Assembly: GCA_036785375.1 (NCBI GenBank) | Contig: JAWMAR010000151.1 | Span: 1,426,001 to 1,490,000 of the forward strand | From: Leucoraja ocellata | Lineage: Eukaryota | Length of the DNA stretch: 64,000 bases | Reading direction: 5' to 3' | Part shown: positions 36,376 through 50,125 of the stretch, piece after piece | Numbering within the stretch: the stretch's first letter is position 1 | Layout: each line of letters opens with the position of its first letter | Notes under the pieces: generated by a model | Database searches by the model: none | What the model was told of the DNA's origin: nothing | What the model saw: only the letters and a program-made list of their open reading frames with translations | Program-made: the position numbers and the translations under genes

Positions 36376-38389
36376 AATATAACTGATACAGAAATAGACA
36401 AGGCAAGATATTAATGCAATGAAAACTTGGAGAGAAAAGTTAAGACAATAAAGAATGGAAGGAATTTTAGATAAAGATGATGCCGATTTGGGATTCAGCT
36501 ATGAAACAAGGCAGTTTTAGAAAGAAAGTTGTGTTACTTTTAGTGAAATAATTGTTCAAAAAAAGTGCTGATTGCTTTCAGCAAAAACTTAGGTTTACTT
36601 CGGAGCCCCATGGAAATGTAATAAATTATAAACCATTTCATAAGAAATTTCTTATAGGAGAGGAAGATGGAGAGACAGAAAGTGAACTGAAGGCACAACT
36701 GCCACTGGTAGTGGTATCAAAGTGGGACGTACACAAAAGGACAGAGTTAAAGGGAAGCAGTTCTCCAAGGTTTATTACCTAAGGAAAAATGACACATTGT
36801 GCTCAGGTATTTTGTGAGCTTAGTTGAAGCATCATAAGCAGTCTGTTATACAGGGAAGTATTAGAATGGGTTATACTGATAAACCATACAGACCCTCTGG
36901 CTCTTCTGGTATTCAATAACATCGGAACTGGTTTCACCTGTATTGTTCAGGCTGTGCCCATTCCTAACATTGACTGTTTATCGCACAATATCAGACCTGT
37001 ATTGTTGCAGAAGTTATTTGTTTTTTGTTGAGGCTAAAACGATGTATAATAAATCCAGGGCTGAGAGAGTTAAATCACAAGAACACGTTGCATAAACTCG
37101 TGTTCAGTTGAATTTAGAAGAATGGTGATAGGATGAGATGTTTAAATAACAAAAAGATTTGATAGCAAAACTGCAAACAAACAATTTCCTCCAGTGAGGG
37201 AATCAGAATGCGAGGAAATCTTAAATTACAGCAAAATCATTTAGAAGGATAATTAGCAAGTACTTTTTCTAGAGGCACTGAAATAGAATTCTAAAATAGA
37301 TATAGGCCATAGATGTTGATGAGATAATTTAGGTTTACAGGACTGAGATTGATAGATTCTCTTAAGAGAAGGATGTCAAAGATTATGAAATAAAGGTAGA
37401 TTGTTTTGCACAAAAGTTGTTACGATCATGAATGCATTGGGTGAAAGAATGTCAGAAGAAAATTCAATGGTAACTTTCAAAAGAGAATTTGATTAAATAT
37501 TTGAGGATTATATTACAAAGGCGCAGGAAAAGAGCATGATGGTGTAATTAATTCTCAAGGAGTTATGACCAGCAATGTATGGTGTCTTGTGCTCTAACAT
37601 TGTGCGATTCCAAGGTGGGAAAATGATAATGCATTACAGGTGACCTATTAAGGCAAAGGAGGCTCAAAGGACTGAATAATTTGCTCACTATAATAAAACA
37701 GTACATCATGATTAACCTACTGTTAACAAACCCAGAATCAAAAATAAATGAGAAAGGGTTTGGTGCTTATCAGTCGCTACATCAGAGCCAAGGTTGAGTC
37801 CGGTGCGTTGAATTACCGGGGTTTGGTTTTATCTGTGCTTTCGATTCATTTGATTCTTGCATTCTATTCAAAAGAGAAACCGTCAGAGGTAAAGGGTGAT
37901 AAGAACCGGATATTTGATGCGTTTACTAATCATTTATTCGGACCGCAGCACAGCATTGATTCCCATCAATTCTCACTGGTTTCAACCAAGTAGGAATGCA
38001 GTATTGCATTATTGCTCTCATACATACCTCTGTGAACTAAATGAAAGCACACTGTCATCCGTACTTTTTCAGCTCTAGTTATAAGGTTGATGATCAGCTA
38101 GTGAATGTTTGGACTATACTTGGCTATACAGCCAAGCTTTAAGGCAGACAGCTTTTGAACAGTTAGTTATTCAGGTGAGTGTATTTTGATCTGAATTGTG
38201 CTTCATTTTGGACCTGAGCTGGTCTCTGTGTTGGAGGTGACCTTTGGATCTGGTATTAGTGTAATTTGGGGAAATGTGAGATTATCCTCAACAGTAGGAA
38301 GAATAGAACATAGAACATTGTCTTAAAGGAAATAAACCACATATTGTTCCTATACAGAGGGATATCTTTGTACTTTTTCATGATTCAAT

Positions 38390-38720
38390 TTTTCTGATCT
38401 GGATGTCATAGGTAAGGCCAATATATATCACCCATCCCATTTGCTTTTGAGCTGATGGTGCGCTAACTGTTTGAACCTTTATGATCTTTCTATTGGAGGT
38501 ACTCCCAAAGTATTGTTAGCTTGGCAGTTCCAGGATTTAGACCCATTGAGAATGAAGGACAGGAGAGATATATTTGCAAATCAGGATGTTGAGTGACTTA
38601 GAGGAGAATCTGTAGGCGAGGGTATTTTTATATTCCTTTTGATCTTCCGCTACTTGTTGGTATAGACTACAGGATTGAAGATATTATTAGTAATCTCAGC
38701 AAATATCTTCAATGCGATTT
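38390..38720. mobile_element. Ancient interspersed repeat (LINE 3' region; related copies at about 2480-2670 and 45925-46000)
   Basis: Shared segments ggcca.tatt..tc.ccat...ttgc.tttgag and ccaggattt.g.ccca...gatatattt seen in three places in the window. Confidence 0.5.
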
Positions 38721-38979
38721 GTAGGCATTAGGCTCTTAAACGTTTATGCGCTGATAATACAGGGAATCCATGTATACAGTGATGTATGAGAAACAAAGTG
38801 ATTCACGTCACGCTTCTTGAGAAATTCTGGAACTTATCTCATTCAGGCAAGTGGAAAGTATTCTTTAGTGCTTCTGACTGATGATGGAAAGATTTAGGAA
38901 TGTCAGGAGGTGACTCACTTTCTGCAGGAAACCACATGAAACTTTAAAAGTTAACATAGAGCTGCATCAACTATTTAGA

Positions 38980-39335
38980 AATGTTGGCCTTTATTGCATA
39001 GAGAATGGAATAGAAAAGTGGGAAAGTATGACCAAACATGGTATTGATAAATAGCGCACCGAGTTATTATGTAGAATTTTGATCTCCTTGCTGAGAGAGG
39101 AATATACTTGCATTGGAACTAGTTCAGAGAAGTTTCTTGAAGTTGATTCCTGTGATGAATGGGTTGTTGTATAGGAAATTGTTGAGTAGATGGGGCCATG
39201 TTTGTTCCTTAAAAAAGATTCAAGGAGACTTGATGAGGGAGATGGTGTGCAAATGTTTCCCCAATGAGGGAATATAGATCTTAGGGTATGTAGTTTCAGT
39301 TTAATAGGTTGCTCATTTAAGAAAGTGATGAAGAG
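38980..39335 (+). mobile_element. Degraded CR1 LINE ORF2 C-terminal fragment
   Basis: atgttggcctttattgc..., gcattggaactagttcagagaagtttc... are decayed CR1 segments. Confidence 0.6.
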
Positions 39336-40159
39336 TCTGACTTCTTCTCTGACTTTCCTGTGGGGTTAGGATTGTATGGTAACAGGTAGAATCTATAATG
39401 TTAGATTGATTGCTCTGAAAAACATTTGAATGGAAAACGTGAGTATATTCATTTATGGTGTGATTTTGGATGCGGTTTGTTGGAGGATGTAAGCAAAAGA
39501 AGATACAGATAAGTGGCTTGCAGTCACACGTATACTTACCGGTGTCATGCTAAATATAACTTTTGCACTGATATAATCTTTAGGTCAGTGATCAAACTTA
39601 CTTCCGATATGAAGAAATATCCTTTCCACTTGGTTAAGTATACTAAATGTGACCATGATTCAAGCTATAAGCTGTGAATGTTAAAAACCACTAAGCGTGC
39701 AAAGAGAGAAATAACATTCTGAAAATGTTAGCATTGACAACTCATTGAGGTGCTCTGCAGATTCTGCCAGCTTTTGCCACAGGGTCTAGGGATCCTTTTT
39801 AACCTGGCACAGTTGATTAAGTTATAGTAAAACAGAACTGCTGGAAGAACTCATCCAGTCAACCAGCAGCTGTGGAAGGATAAACCAACTAACATGTCAG
39901 GTCAAAGACCATTCATCAGAACTTGATTTTCATTGCTGATTATGTTATTGAGAATGGATAGAATATTGTGCAAGAACAACAAGGGCAAATTACCCTTCCA
40001 ACAAAAAAAGCAGATTTCTGAAAATAAGTGGTCAGAGAGTATCTATGGAGGATGAAGCAGAGTAATGACCACTTGTCAAAACTGCTGGACGTTGGAGGTG
40101 TACAAGGTTTTATATGTATGCAGGGGCAGAGAAATGGAATGGGTCAATAGAAAAGGTCT

Positions 40160-40690
40160 ATAGAGTCATAAAGCATGGAAATAGGCTCTTCATGCCAACT
40201 TGTCCGTACTGACCAAAATGTCTCTATAGGCTCGTTCCATTTATCTGCATGTGGCCCATATATCTTTAAATTTTTCTGTCAAGTTTCTCTGGTCAAGTAT
40301 TTCAAATATTGTAGTTCTGCCTGCCTTTACATCTTTGCCAGCTTTTCCATATACCTACTACCATCTGTGAAAAAAATTAGCCCTTGGGTTTCTTTTACAT
40401 TTTTTCCTCTCTTATCTTAAATCTATATCCTCCAGTTTTAGACTAGTCTATCCTGGAAAATAGACTGACCATCCCCCTGCCACTCATGATTTCATGTACC
40501 TCCAGAAGGTCATCCCCTAGCCTTTTAAGCTCCAGGGAAAAAATACCACATCCTATCCAGCCTTTCTTTATAAGGCCAAGCCCTTCGCCCCTCCCCCAAT
40601 CCCAGTAACATCTGCATGAATCTTTTCTGCACCTTTTCCAGCGTAATGGCATCCTTCCAATAGCTGGGCGACTAGAAATGTCATGGTATG
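40160..40690 (-). mobile_element. CR1 LINE 3' fragment, diverged
   Basis: ORF 40443..40697 includes IFSLELKRLGDDLLEVHEIMSG; tail tagagtcat at the left end. Confidence 0.75.
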
Positions 40691-41129
40691 CCACCACTAC
40701 CCCCCTCTGGCTCCTTCCACCAAGCCAATTGTATATCTCACCCTGGATGCTATGTGATCCAGACTAGACAACCATCAAGCCACTCAAGGGCCTTGTTAGA
40801 GTTCTTAATGGGATGGAAGACATTTGTTTTTAGTTTTAGCAATACAGAATGGAAACAAACATACAAAAGAAAATTAGATAAGCGCACAAAACATATAAAC
40901 TTATGCGCAAGTCAGATGATGTTACGAGACAAAAGGAAGCAGGAATGAGCTAATGAAATGAAAGATATGTTTGGAGGAGCCGCAGATTAGAACAGCAAAA
41001 TTATTACTATATCTGCTATTAATAAAAGAGCAGTGATTATGATCCAAAATTATTGAGAGCATTGAGTCTGGAAGTTAGTTGTAAGCTGCCTAATCAAGAT
41101 GTGAAGTACTAGAATTTCTATTAGCTTTT

Positions 41130-41398
41130 TAGGGTGGAACAGTTGGTAGAGTTGCTGCCTTACAGCGCCAGATACACGGGTCTGATCCTGCTACGGGTGC
41201 TGTCTATAAGGAGTTTGTACATTCACCCTGTGATCATATGGGTTTTCTTTAGTTTCCTCCCGTGCAGGTTTGTAGATTAATTAGGTTCTGTAAATTGTCC
41301 CTTATGTGTAAGATGGAATTGGTGTACAGGTTGGTTGACGCAGACTCAGTGGACTGAAGGATCTGTTTCCACGCTGTATCTCTAAACTAAACTAAACT
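41130..41398 (+). mobile_element. tRNA-derived SINE (HE1/V-SINE-like)
   Basis: ggtagagttgctgccttacagcgccaga head, core, and ctgtttccacgctgtatct(ctaaa)3 tail. Confidence 0.85.
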
Positions 41399-42082
41399 TT
41401 TATTGGACAGGACCGAATGTGTTTGGAAGAAATTGAAAGGACCAGCAATGCCTGTAGAATTGAGATAATTTGTAAAACAATCACCTATCCTGGATTGTTC
41501 TGCACACTGTTACGGTTGAACAAAAGTAGTGTATATGGATTTTCATAAGACATTTGATAGAGTGGCACACAATAGGCTGTTGACACATTAATACTCAAGG
41601 GATTAGAATTGACATTATTGCACGGGGGCATGGATCAATAGATTGTAAATGGGGAGAAATTGAATAAATTGTACATTTTGGATAGGGAAAATGGCACATG
41701 TAAAAGTTCAGCTATATTAGCAGATGGAACAGTGCTTTCATAATGTTATAAGGGGAGGGGAGGAAACACTTGTTCTTGTCTTGGTTAATGTTAGGATAGT
41801 AAATGACCTTTAATATCATTGTCATGTTATTTTTGCACTTTGCTGAAAGTTAGATCATCCCATTTGCCATCTATCTCTCACCCGCCTTTTAAATACAAGC
41901 ACAGTATTTGCCTTTCCACAATATTGATGAGTGCCAAGTTCAGCAGGTAATCATTCTGCGCACTGAAGAATGGATGAATTACACTGTACAATGATCTATG
42001 GAGAATGTCATATAATCTGTCTTCACGGTTGCTTATAGAATTATTTTGTTTCATTACTGATTGACCTGGATACTCTGGGTAA

Positions 42083-42910
42083 TCTATACATAACTAAAAC
42101 TCGGATCTTGTGCTCTTCCAGTTTGCGGGGTTTTTCTATTTGTGCAAAAACGGGACGCAATAACACAGCAATTTACTCACTATTCTCCAGTGCTGCGAGT
42201 GCAACAAGTTTTGTTCCGATCAATGGTATATTGTAAAAGTTATCGATGGTATATTGTAAAAGCGCCGAGCCCCACGGTCTACCGGCTGGCTAGGAATACC
42301 GCGGGTTCCAGGACAGGCACCGCAATGTCACACGGAGAGAAGGATCGCCGCAGCCCGGCCCACAGCATGGGAGGGGGGGGGGGTGTGTGGAGAGAAGACG
42401 GAGGGAGGGGGGGAGGGAGGGATGAGGGAGGGAGGGATGTGGGAGGGTGGGGGAGGGGGGAAGAGAGGGATGAGGAAGAGAGAGGGATGAGGGTGGGAGG
42501 GGGAGAGAGGGATGAGGGAGGGAAGAGGAGAGAGGAATGAGGGTGGGAGGGGGAGAGAGGGGTGACAGAGGGAGAGGGGAGAGAGGAATGAGGTAGGGGG
42601 GAGAGAGAAGGAGGGAGGGGGAAAGAGTGGGAGGGAGTTGGGTAGAGGGGTAGTGGAATGCAGGGGGGTAGGGAGGGGGGTAGAAGGGGTCCGTGGTGAT
42701 GGGCAAGGAGGGGTAGAGGGGGTAGAAAGGGACAGGGAGGGGTGGATTTGAATGGAGGGGGATAGGTGTGAGTGGTGGAATGTTGTGTTGGGGGAACGGG
42801 TTGCGTTGAGGGAACGGGTGAGTGGTGGAATATTGTGTTGGGGAACAGGTTGCATTGGGGGACCAGGCCTCCCGTGTGACAGGGACCCTACAGTATCTCT
42901 AGTAGTCTAG
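42083..42910 (+). mobile_element. Non-autonomous Helitron-like element with internal G/A-rich tract
   Basis: Starts TCTATACATAACTAAAA after an A and ends CTAG before a T; no TSD; purine-rich low-complexity tract at about 42370-42770. Confidence 0.7.
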
Positions 42911-43130
42911 TATCTGTTAAATGTGCTCTTTTTTGGAATGAAGCATTATCAATCTAACCATCCCAAAATAAATTTTAAAATGGCATCCAGCATTACTATA
43001 TCAATCATCTAGGAGGAAGCCTGAATTAGAAACATTTTTTAGATATTAGAAAAATATTACAGTTGTTCTATCTTGAATTGCTTAAAATGTCTCTTATTGG
43101 CTGATGATTTGAGCAAACTGTTAAAAAATT

Positions 43131-43223
43131 TGTCTGAAGAAGGGTCTCAAACCGAACGTCACCCATTCCTTCTCCAGAGATGCTGCCTGTCCCGCTGAGT
43201 TACTCCAGCATTTTGTGTCTACC
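43131..43223 (+). mobile_element. Short PLE pLTR-derived insert with mutated hammerhead motif
   Basis: gtCTGAAGAagggtctcaaaccGAA-CGTCaccc (one core A missing) followed by the shared gatgctgcctg...gctgagttactccagc body. Confidence 0.75.
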
Positions 43224-45429
43224 ATAAAATTCACTTCTCTCCCCCTGAGGCCCAAACTGAGCCAGAGGTTCCAGAAATGCTCATGGTCACACTCAGCTTG
43301 AGGTCACTCAACTGTACAATAAAAATCTTGTCAGAACTTGATCACTGAATGATGGAGGCTACCTGACATTGCAAAAGCTAAGCGATTCTAGCTTCCATTT
43401 GTGTGACAGGAGATGGATCTTGCTGGCTCAACAGCATTTCCCATCGGTCACTCTGGTACTACCCAGTCAGGGACATTGTCATCCTCCCTGCCCCTTACTA
43501 AGTTTTTTTTTGTCTCTCCTTCTCAGTTCTAATCAAGAGCTGTCATTCTGAAAAGTTCATTCTTTCTACCACAGCTTTCCCCTGACCAACTGAGTATTTC
43601 CACCATTTTTGGTTCTTAATTTAGGTTTCCAACATCTGCAGTCCAGTTGTATTTTAATCTTTAAGTCCCATTTTATTACTGCCCATGGTTTGTTACTTCT
43701 GTTTGCAACATTATTTACGAGGATGTTGCCAGTACTAGAGGGATAATTATAGGATTAATGTAGGATTAGTGTAAATGGATGATTGACTAAATAGGCCGAA
43801 GGGCCTGTTTCCCTGCTGCATCTCTCTATGACTCTCCCTTCTCTATGACACTCAGAGTTAAGGCACAGTCGACTAAGTTTTAGATGGGGTTTTTTTGCGT
43901 AGTAGAAATACTGAATCCAGTCAGTCGTTCTACTAGGTAACAAAGCCATTGATAAGGACTGAACAGCAGATGAGCTGATGTAAAGATTGGTTCTCAAGGT
44001 AGAAATTGGTGTTCTTACATACGTGTAGGTATAAGATATGCCACTCAACTTAAGGTCACATATGGCACCAACATCTGCAAGCTGTCTAATTTAGTTTTAA
44101 ATACTATAGTTGCTAAGGAGAGGAGTGGATCCTGGACAAGAATTGTAATGTAGTTGTTTAGTAGTTTACTTGGTATATTTGTTTTGTCTTGTACTATGGT
44201 GGTGGGATCTGTTTTGTTTATTGGTGTTGTAAATACTATTTTAATGTTTGAATAAATATTTTTGATTTTTAAAAAAAGGAGAGGAGTGGAATCAGTAGCA
44301 GAGGAACGCAGTATGTGGTGGAGACCTCAGACAGGTTTCTTGATATTTAATTGGAGATTTTTGCACATCCTGTACTGAATGTCACTCACTTGTTCACGAT
44401 TTTTTGAGTTGGTAAGGCAAGGCTGGATTTGCATACAGAAACTGGTGCAATACTTTTTGCATCAAGTGGAAACATGGCATGTTAATGAAAAATAATGAGG
44501 GACCTAATGATAGATCCTTTGTAAAAAATACCAGTGGTCGAGGCAAAGCATGTGTGCTTCTGGTTATCCTCTGTCAACAGTAGAATAAATAAGAATAGAA
44601 ACAGGCAATTGCAGAACCATTTACCTGGAAGACTATTGGACTAAGGGATAGTTGGGCAGAGCCTGTCAGTGCAATGGAAAGGTTAGCAGACGCTGACAGT
44701 ATGAGCAAGAGGTGAGTCGTGCTTAAGTCTGAGTGAGATGTTAGCACAATCAGTATGAGAAGACCACAGACATTACTACATAGTTCATTCTGGGAAAAGT
44801 TTTGTCAGAGATGATTGTTGGAATTCACACCGTGCAGGATTAACTGCTGGAGCTCCAGCTAATTCCTCAAATAGTTTCATTAGTATATTTGAAAGCCTTC
44901 TCTATTTTTGTGAAATGCTGAAATCCCAAACAGATGTTGGCGGTGATTTATTTTTAACTTGCTCTATTTTTGGATGTTTTGATTATGGCAAAGACTTTTA
45001 GTGAGAACATTTCTCCTAGTCCAGAACACATTGGCTGTTGGTTGAAAATAGCCGTACTGACACCAAACCCAAATTATTCCATTTGTCAAGAATAAGCATA
45101 ACAATGAATGCCAATGGGCTGCTCTTCCTTGACCAAGACCAATCTTATATTCCCTTATCATTTAGCCATTTCAGTCGCTAACTGAGCAAACAAACAGGGA
45201 TCCAGCTCGATCTTCCTCTCGAGGTGCTGCACTGGAAGGCTTTTGTATGGATCTAATCTGCTGGCATTTAAAGACTAATTGTTCATGCTCATATAGTGAA
45301 ATGTAAGCAGACGATTGCATTACAAACAAAAATTGAATGTTATGCATCTTTTACAGTTTGTAGCCTGTTTTTGCACTAATACCAAATATCACCCCCAAGA
45401 TAATTGAAATGTACTATTTACTTTTGTAG

Positions 45430-45534
45430 ATAATTACTCCTTTCCGAAAGTTAATTTTGTGTGCTGAAAACCGTAAGGAAATGGAAGACTGGATTGCAGT
45501 AATGAAAATGATCCAAAACAGGGATCACTTTGAG
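45430..45534 (+). CDS. DGKD: DGKD coding exon (exon 4 equivalent), PH domain end: [35 protein letters not shown]
   Basis: Acceptor cttttgtag|ATA, donor GAG|gtgaga; 105 nt, phase 0-0; contains the PH C-terminal helix Trp. Confidence 0.95.
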
Positions 45535-48500
45535 GTGAGATGGCTCAAAGCCTGGCAGTTTCAACGCCTTCAGGCATTTGTGTATGTGAATCAGTAATTT
45601 GCAAGTGAGTTACCTACTGAGTACTGGGCAGTTACAGGAGAGGAGAGGTAAGCTGAAAGGTTTCAAATCTGAAAGAAGAATTTAAACAGTGTTATGGATT
45701 GTAATACCTGATTTCTGTGAAAGTCTTCAGACGTTTCAGGAGAATAGATTGCTCCATATAGAAAAGTGTTTTCTGTAACCAGGCATCATCGCATCCTCTA
45801 TTCACTCCTTTTGTATTTTTGTATTGGCAATCTAATGTGCCTATTGTATCTTCCTTTTCCTAGAATGATGATTCCAAATTAGCAACATTATACTTTTATA
45901 AATTTGTTTCTGAAATTAGCTGGCATTAGAAAGGCAATGTTTATTATCCATCAGCAAACTGCCTTGAAACTGGGATGCTGGGATGGTAGTAAGAATTTGC
46001 ATTGTTAGCAATACATATTGGTGAAATCAGATATAGATGGCACTTTGCCTTCCTGGTAGGATGTTTGTGAACATATTGGTTTTTATGACAGTTAATGCCA
46101 TGCACACATAAAAGAGAAGCTATTTAAAGATTTATTAAATTTGTTGCCACAACTTTTCTGAACCTTAGTTCTGCATTTAAATGTGGAGTCAGTTGAAACG
46201 ACCCTGCCTCTACCATAAGTGCAATAATTAAATATGTAACTCCGGTGGCTTGCTAGGACTCAGTTAAGGCAGTTGAATCTTCAATGTCAAAGGTAAATAG
46301 CTGTTTTTTTTGTGTTGTAAACATAAGAGTGGTCAGCACATCCATTCAAGAACTGTTTATGGGGACTGTTTTATTTCAAGGTATAATCTATATGTTGTGT
46401 AAATAGTGTTTTTTTTTTAATTGCACAGGTATTTCTATTGGAAACTAAACAACAGGGATGTTTGTGATGTGTCAAGCTTTGCCCCATATTCTTTGAAATA
46501 TTTGTAATCTTTGCTCTCATTTTTAAAGGACCTTCTTTTTCTTATCCTTTCCAGCTGCCTGAGATAGATAGCTTTCCCAGGACATGCTGCAATCAATGTT
46601 TATCTTTTTCTCCTCACCCACCATTAATGTATTGTCTGAGGCTGGGCTGCAGATCCTCCAATAATTTCTCCAGGTGACTATTTGCCATATGTGGAGCTAG
46701 GCATGAAAAGAAGCATTGAGCAAATTGAAATCCCAGTGTGAACTAATAAGTGCACATTCAAAGTTTCCATGAACATTAATATTAATAAAGCAACAAGAAT
46801 AAAATGTTTACATGCGGAGGATATGAGATGGGATAACAGTGAGATGGTTAACCAAAGGTACAAAAGGTTTAAGATTGAGAGGTAGTTTTGACAAGTTCCG
46901 AAGTCCCAAAGATTGTTGCTTCTGTTAGGAAAATTGTTTTCCAGTTGAAAATCCAGGTCTGATTAACAGAAGCAAGCTGATCTTCTCAACTAAATTCCAT
47001 CCTTTCCATTGCTGACTTCCCAAGCAACGAAGGTGTTTTTTTTCTCAATCTTGAGTCTAAATTCATTAAACAATGGTTAGTTGATTTATCTCCTTTTTGA
47101 ATAAAGGTAATCTTGATTGCCTTCTAATTCACGTATATTACATAGCAGGTTTTGGGGAAGTTAAATGTAATTAATTTATACTTTACTGGGTTTTTTTCAA
47201 ATACACTTGTTTTACTTGTTAACAGTTTAGGATTTTTTGTAATCCCATTTTGCCTATCACTTTTCCAGACTTCCCTGATTTTTCTGTTACTGTGTGGCAC
47301 ATCTAGACATGAATTTTGAAATTCCATCTTAGTCTTATGCCCTACTGTTGTCCTACTTCTGAATGCACCTCCATCTATAATTATCAATCCAGTGTTGTCT
47401 TTTATTTGTCATGTTGCTTCCTATGCTGTTAAATTTAAATGACTTAATAAAAGTGCTTTCTTCTACTTGTCTAATACTACAACGTATTTACAAAACAGAA
47501 AATGGCCATTCAACTCAAGAGGTCCATGCCAGTGCACCACATTGGATTCTTCCCACCCTTCTTTATCAAAAGCCTTCAACATATCCTTCTACCCCTTTCA
47601 TCCAGCTTTCCCTTAAGTTTATCCCTGTTATGAGATGCATCTATTCCTTGTAGTAGCATGTTTCTGTATGCTAACCAATTTCTGTATAAAAAGATTGCTC
47701 ATTCCTGTCTGTGCAGAGCTATTGCCACATTATTTTAATCTGGGTATTAATTCCATTGCAATATAATCACAAGGATATCCGCTACATCTCTTTCCAACAT
47801 TTTGTTATTTTCCTTCCTTTATTCTACCTGTCTGATTACATCCAGTTAGAATCCTTCCAGCCATCCGAAAAATGTATTTCAATAGTGGTTCCACCACCCT
47901 CCCCATCAGAACTGTTTTTTGGGGGTTTTTTTTGCTTCTTTCTAAAATCACATTCTATTTTGTTGGGCTCTCACCGTTGCCTGGAGTGCAGGCAGATCTC
48001 TGTGATGTTTACCATCTCATTTCCTTTTGCTGGATCTTCTGCCTTTCATTTGTGACAGGTCTGGGATTGGCATGAAGACAATTTTCCTCCTTTTGTTCTC
48101 AAATGCTACTCCCTTATCCTCCACTGACACTTAATTTCTCAAACTTTCTGTGTAGGATTTCCAGCCTGCATTGTTGTGCTTGATTAATTTCCATATTGGT
48201 CATTAGTTGTGCCTTTTTCCATGAGTTTCTCGATCTCCTTATGAATGCTAGGTTTCTCACTGCAAGGTGAGGCACCATTTGAAACTCATAACACAGTTAA
48301 ATAAGCAGTTAAATGTGTCTTCCTCTAATCGACTGCATGACGTGTCCATTTTTGAGAACTGTACTCTGTCACGGTAAATGTGCTCATGATGTTGCTCATA
48401 ATTGCCCCTTTCCTGTTTTACTTCTTAACTATTGTGTAAGCATAGTATGCTCACAAGAGACTATTCTGCCAGTTTCTGTCTAATCTTTATTTAATCGAGT

Positions 48501-49110
48501 GAAACGATTGAATCCGACAGAGGAATACATTTTTGAAAGCCTATTTGCAGTAAGTTCATTGAAATCTCTTAAACATAATGGTTGAGTTCTGATAAAATTT
48601 GACCACATTCTTCGATTCATCACATCTGCTCTCACCATCCCAATCTGCCCACAAGCTACAATCAGCTGTTGATTTCTTTGGACACCAGTTTAGACTTTCA
48701 AATCCTGATTGAATAATTAACCAGCATTGTTATACAGTTGAGATGGTGAACCTGGACAAAATTGCATTGTGGTTCATTTAACCAGTATATTTCAGAACTG
48801 TGGTTACACTCACAGCTTTGGAGCAAAGAACAAAATGGTGCTTCTGCATTTTCCTCGTGTGTCGCAAATGGACTATGGCCATCACCAGATCATTTAGGTC
48901 AAACTATACATAAACTGGCAGTTAAGAAATGCTGACTTTACATTGGAAAGATATCCAAAATGGTGTACAACTGAGCACATTTTCTATTGTTTGATAACTG
49001 CTCCTACCAAATCCACGATTATTTTTGACTTAATTGGATCCAACAGTGGCAGCAAGAAATTCTTTAATAATATCTGCTAAATATTTGTATACGTTTTTTT
49101 CTCTGAGCAG

Positions 49111-49243
49111 TCAACCCAATACAGTATGGACCATTTCTCAGGAATGCACAACTGGTACGCTTGCTCGCACGCACGGCCTACTTATTGCAACGTCTGCCGA
49201 GAAGCTCTGTCCGGTGTCACATCTCATGGATTGTCCTGCGAAG
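49111..49243 (+). CDS. DGKD: DGKD coding exon (exon 5 equivalent), C1A start: [44 protein letters not shown]
   Basis: Acceptor ctctgagcag|TCA, donor GAAG|gtaagt; 133 nt, phase 0-1. Confidence 0.96.
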
Positions 49244-50018
49244 GTAAGTGGATGATATAAAAATGATGTTTCAGTTCATTCATTCACACTGTCTATCTTG
49301 CTATTCCTAATACTTGCTGACATGAAGTCTCTAAAGGTTATACTACTTCTAATGTGTCTTGTTAACAACACCACCCTTTCCTGTTTCAGTCCTCTTCTTG
49401 CCCCAGCTTATCCTGTTAACAATACTAAATGTGCTATTTTCAGCACTCTCCTTGTGCCACCAGTCCTATTGAGGACAATCAAAGTTGCTATACATTTTAA
49501 TTACTGCAAAAATACAAAGATCGAGTAGGTATAATCTCATTATTGGTGAGCTTTGGTTTTGTGCAATACTTTGCACGTTGGATTTTTGCAGTTCATCCCA
49601 CAAAGAGGAATAGAATGTTGATCTGGAGCGTATTGGTTATATTCTTTCTAATTGAAAGAAATTTGCTTTTTATCTGCAGATCTTGGCAGATTTCCCCTCA
49701 TTAGGAGAGATGCTTTATTGATTTAGAAAATGTGAGGTAATTGACACTTCCGCCTTGGAAGTCCTTATGGGAATGGATTAGTATTTGCTTGGCTTTGGGT
49801 TTTGAGAACTTGCATTTAGTGCATGTCTCCTTTCATAGCCTTTTCTCCCATCTCTCCATGAAAACATTAGTACTTGTCCTTGTGGCTATCCAACATACAT
49901 ATACTCACACAAATGTAACACACATGTGTACATACAGAATAGCTGATGATGATTCTTTCTCTCACTCTCTCTCGCTCTCTCTTTCTCTCACATGTGTCCT
50001 TTCCTTTCTGGTTCACAG

Positions 50019-50125
50019 TATGTAAGTTCAAAGCTCACAAACGCTGTGCTGTGAGAGCCACCAACAACTGCAAGTGGACAACGCTGGCCTCAATTGCCAA
50101 AGATATAATTGAAGATGAAGATGGG
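50019..50125 (+). CDS. DGKD: DGKD coding exon (exon 6 equivalent), C1A end: (V)[35 protein letters not shown]
   Basis: Acceptor gttcacag|TA, donor GGG|gtatgt; 107 nt, phase 1-0; long CT-rich polypyrimidine tract upstream. Confidence 0.96.

Noticed and set aside
42142-42855. Gly/Glu-rich and Pro/Leu-rich ORFs of 130-175 aa
   Set aside because: Translations of the purine-rich tract inside the Helitron-like element.
44674-44717. Possible alternative first coding exon (ATG GAA AGG ... AAG AG|gtgagt) about 700 nt upstream of exon 4
   Set aside because: The donor is strong but phase 2, while exon 4 starts in phase 0, so it is out of frame; a non-coding exon cannot be supported without RNA data.
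49105-49110. NAGNAG tandem acceptor (gagcag) at exon 5
   Set aside because: GAG is a rarely used acceptor, and the distal CAG gives the expected 133-nt exon.
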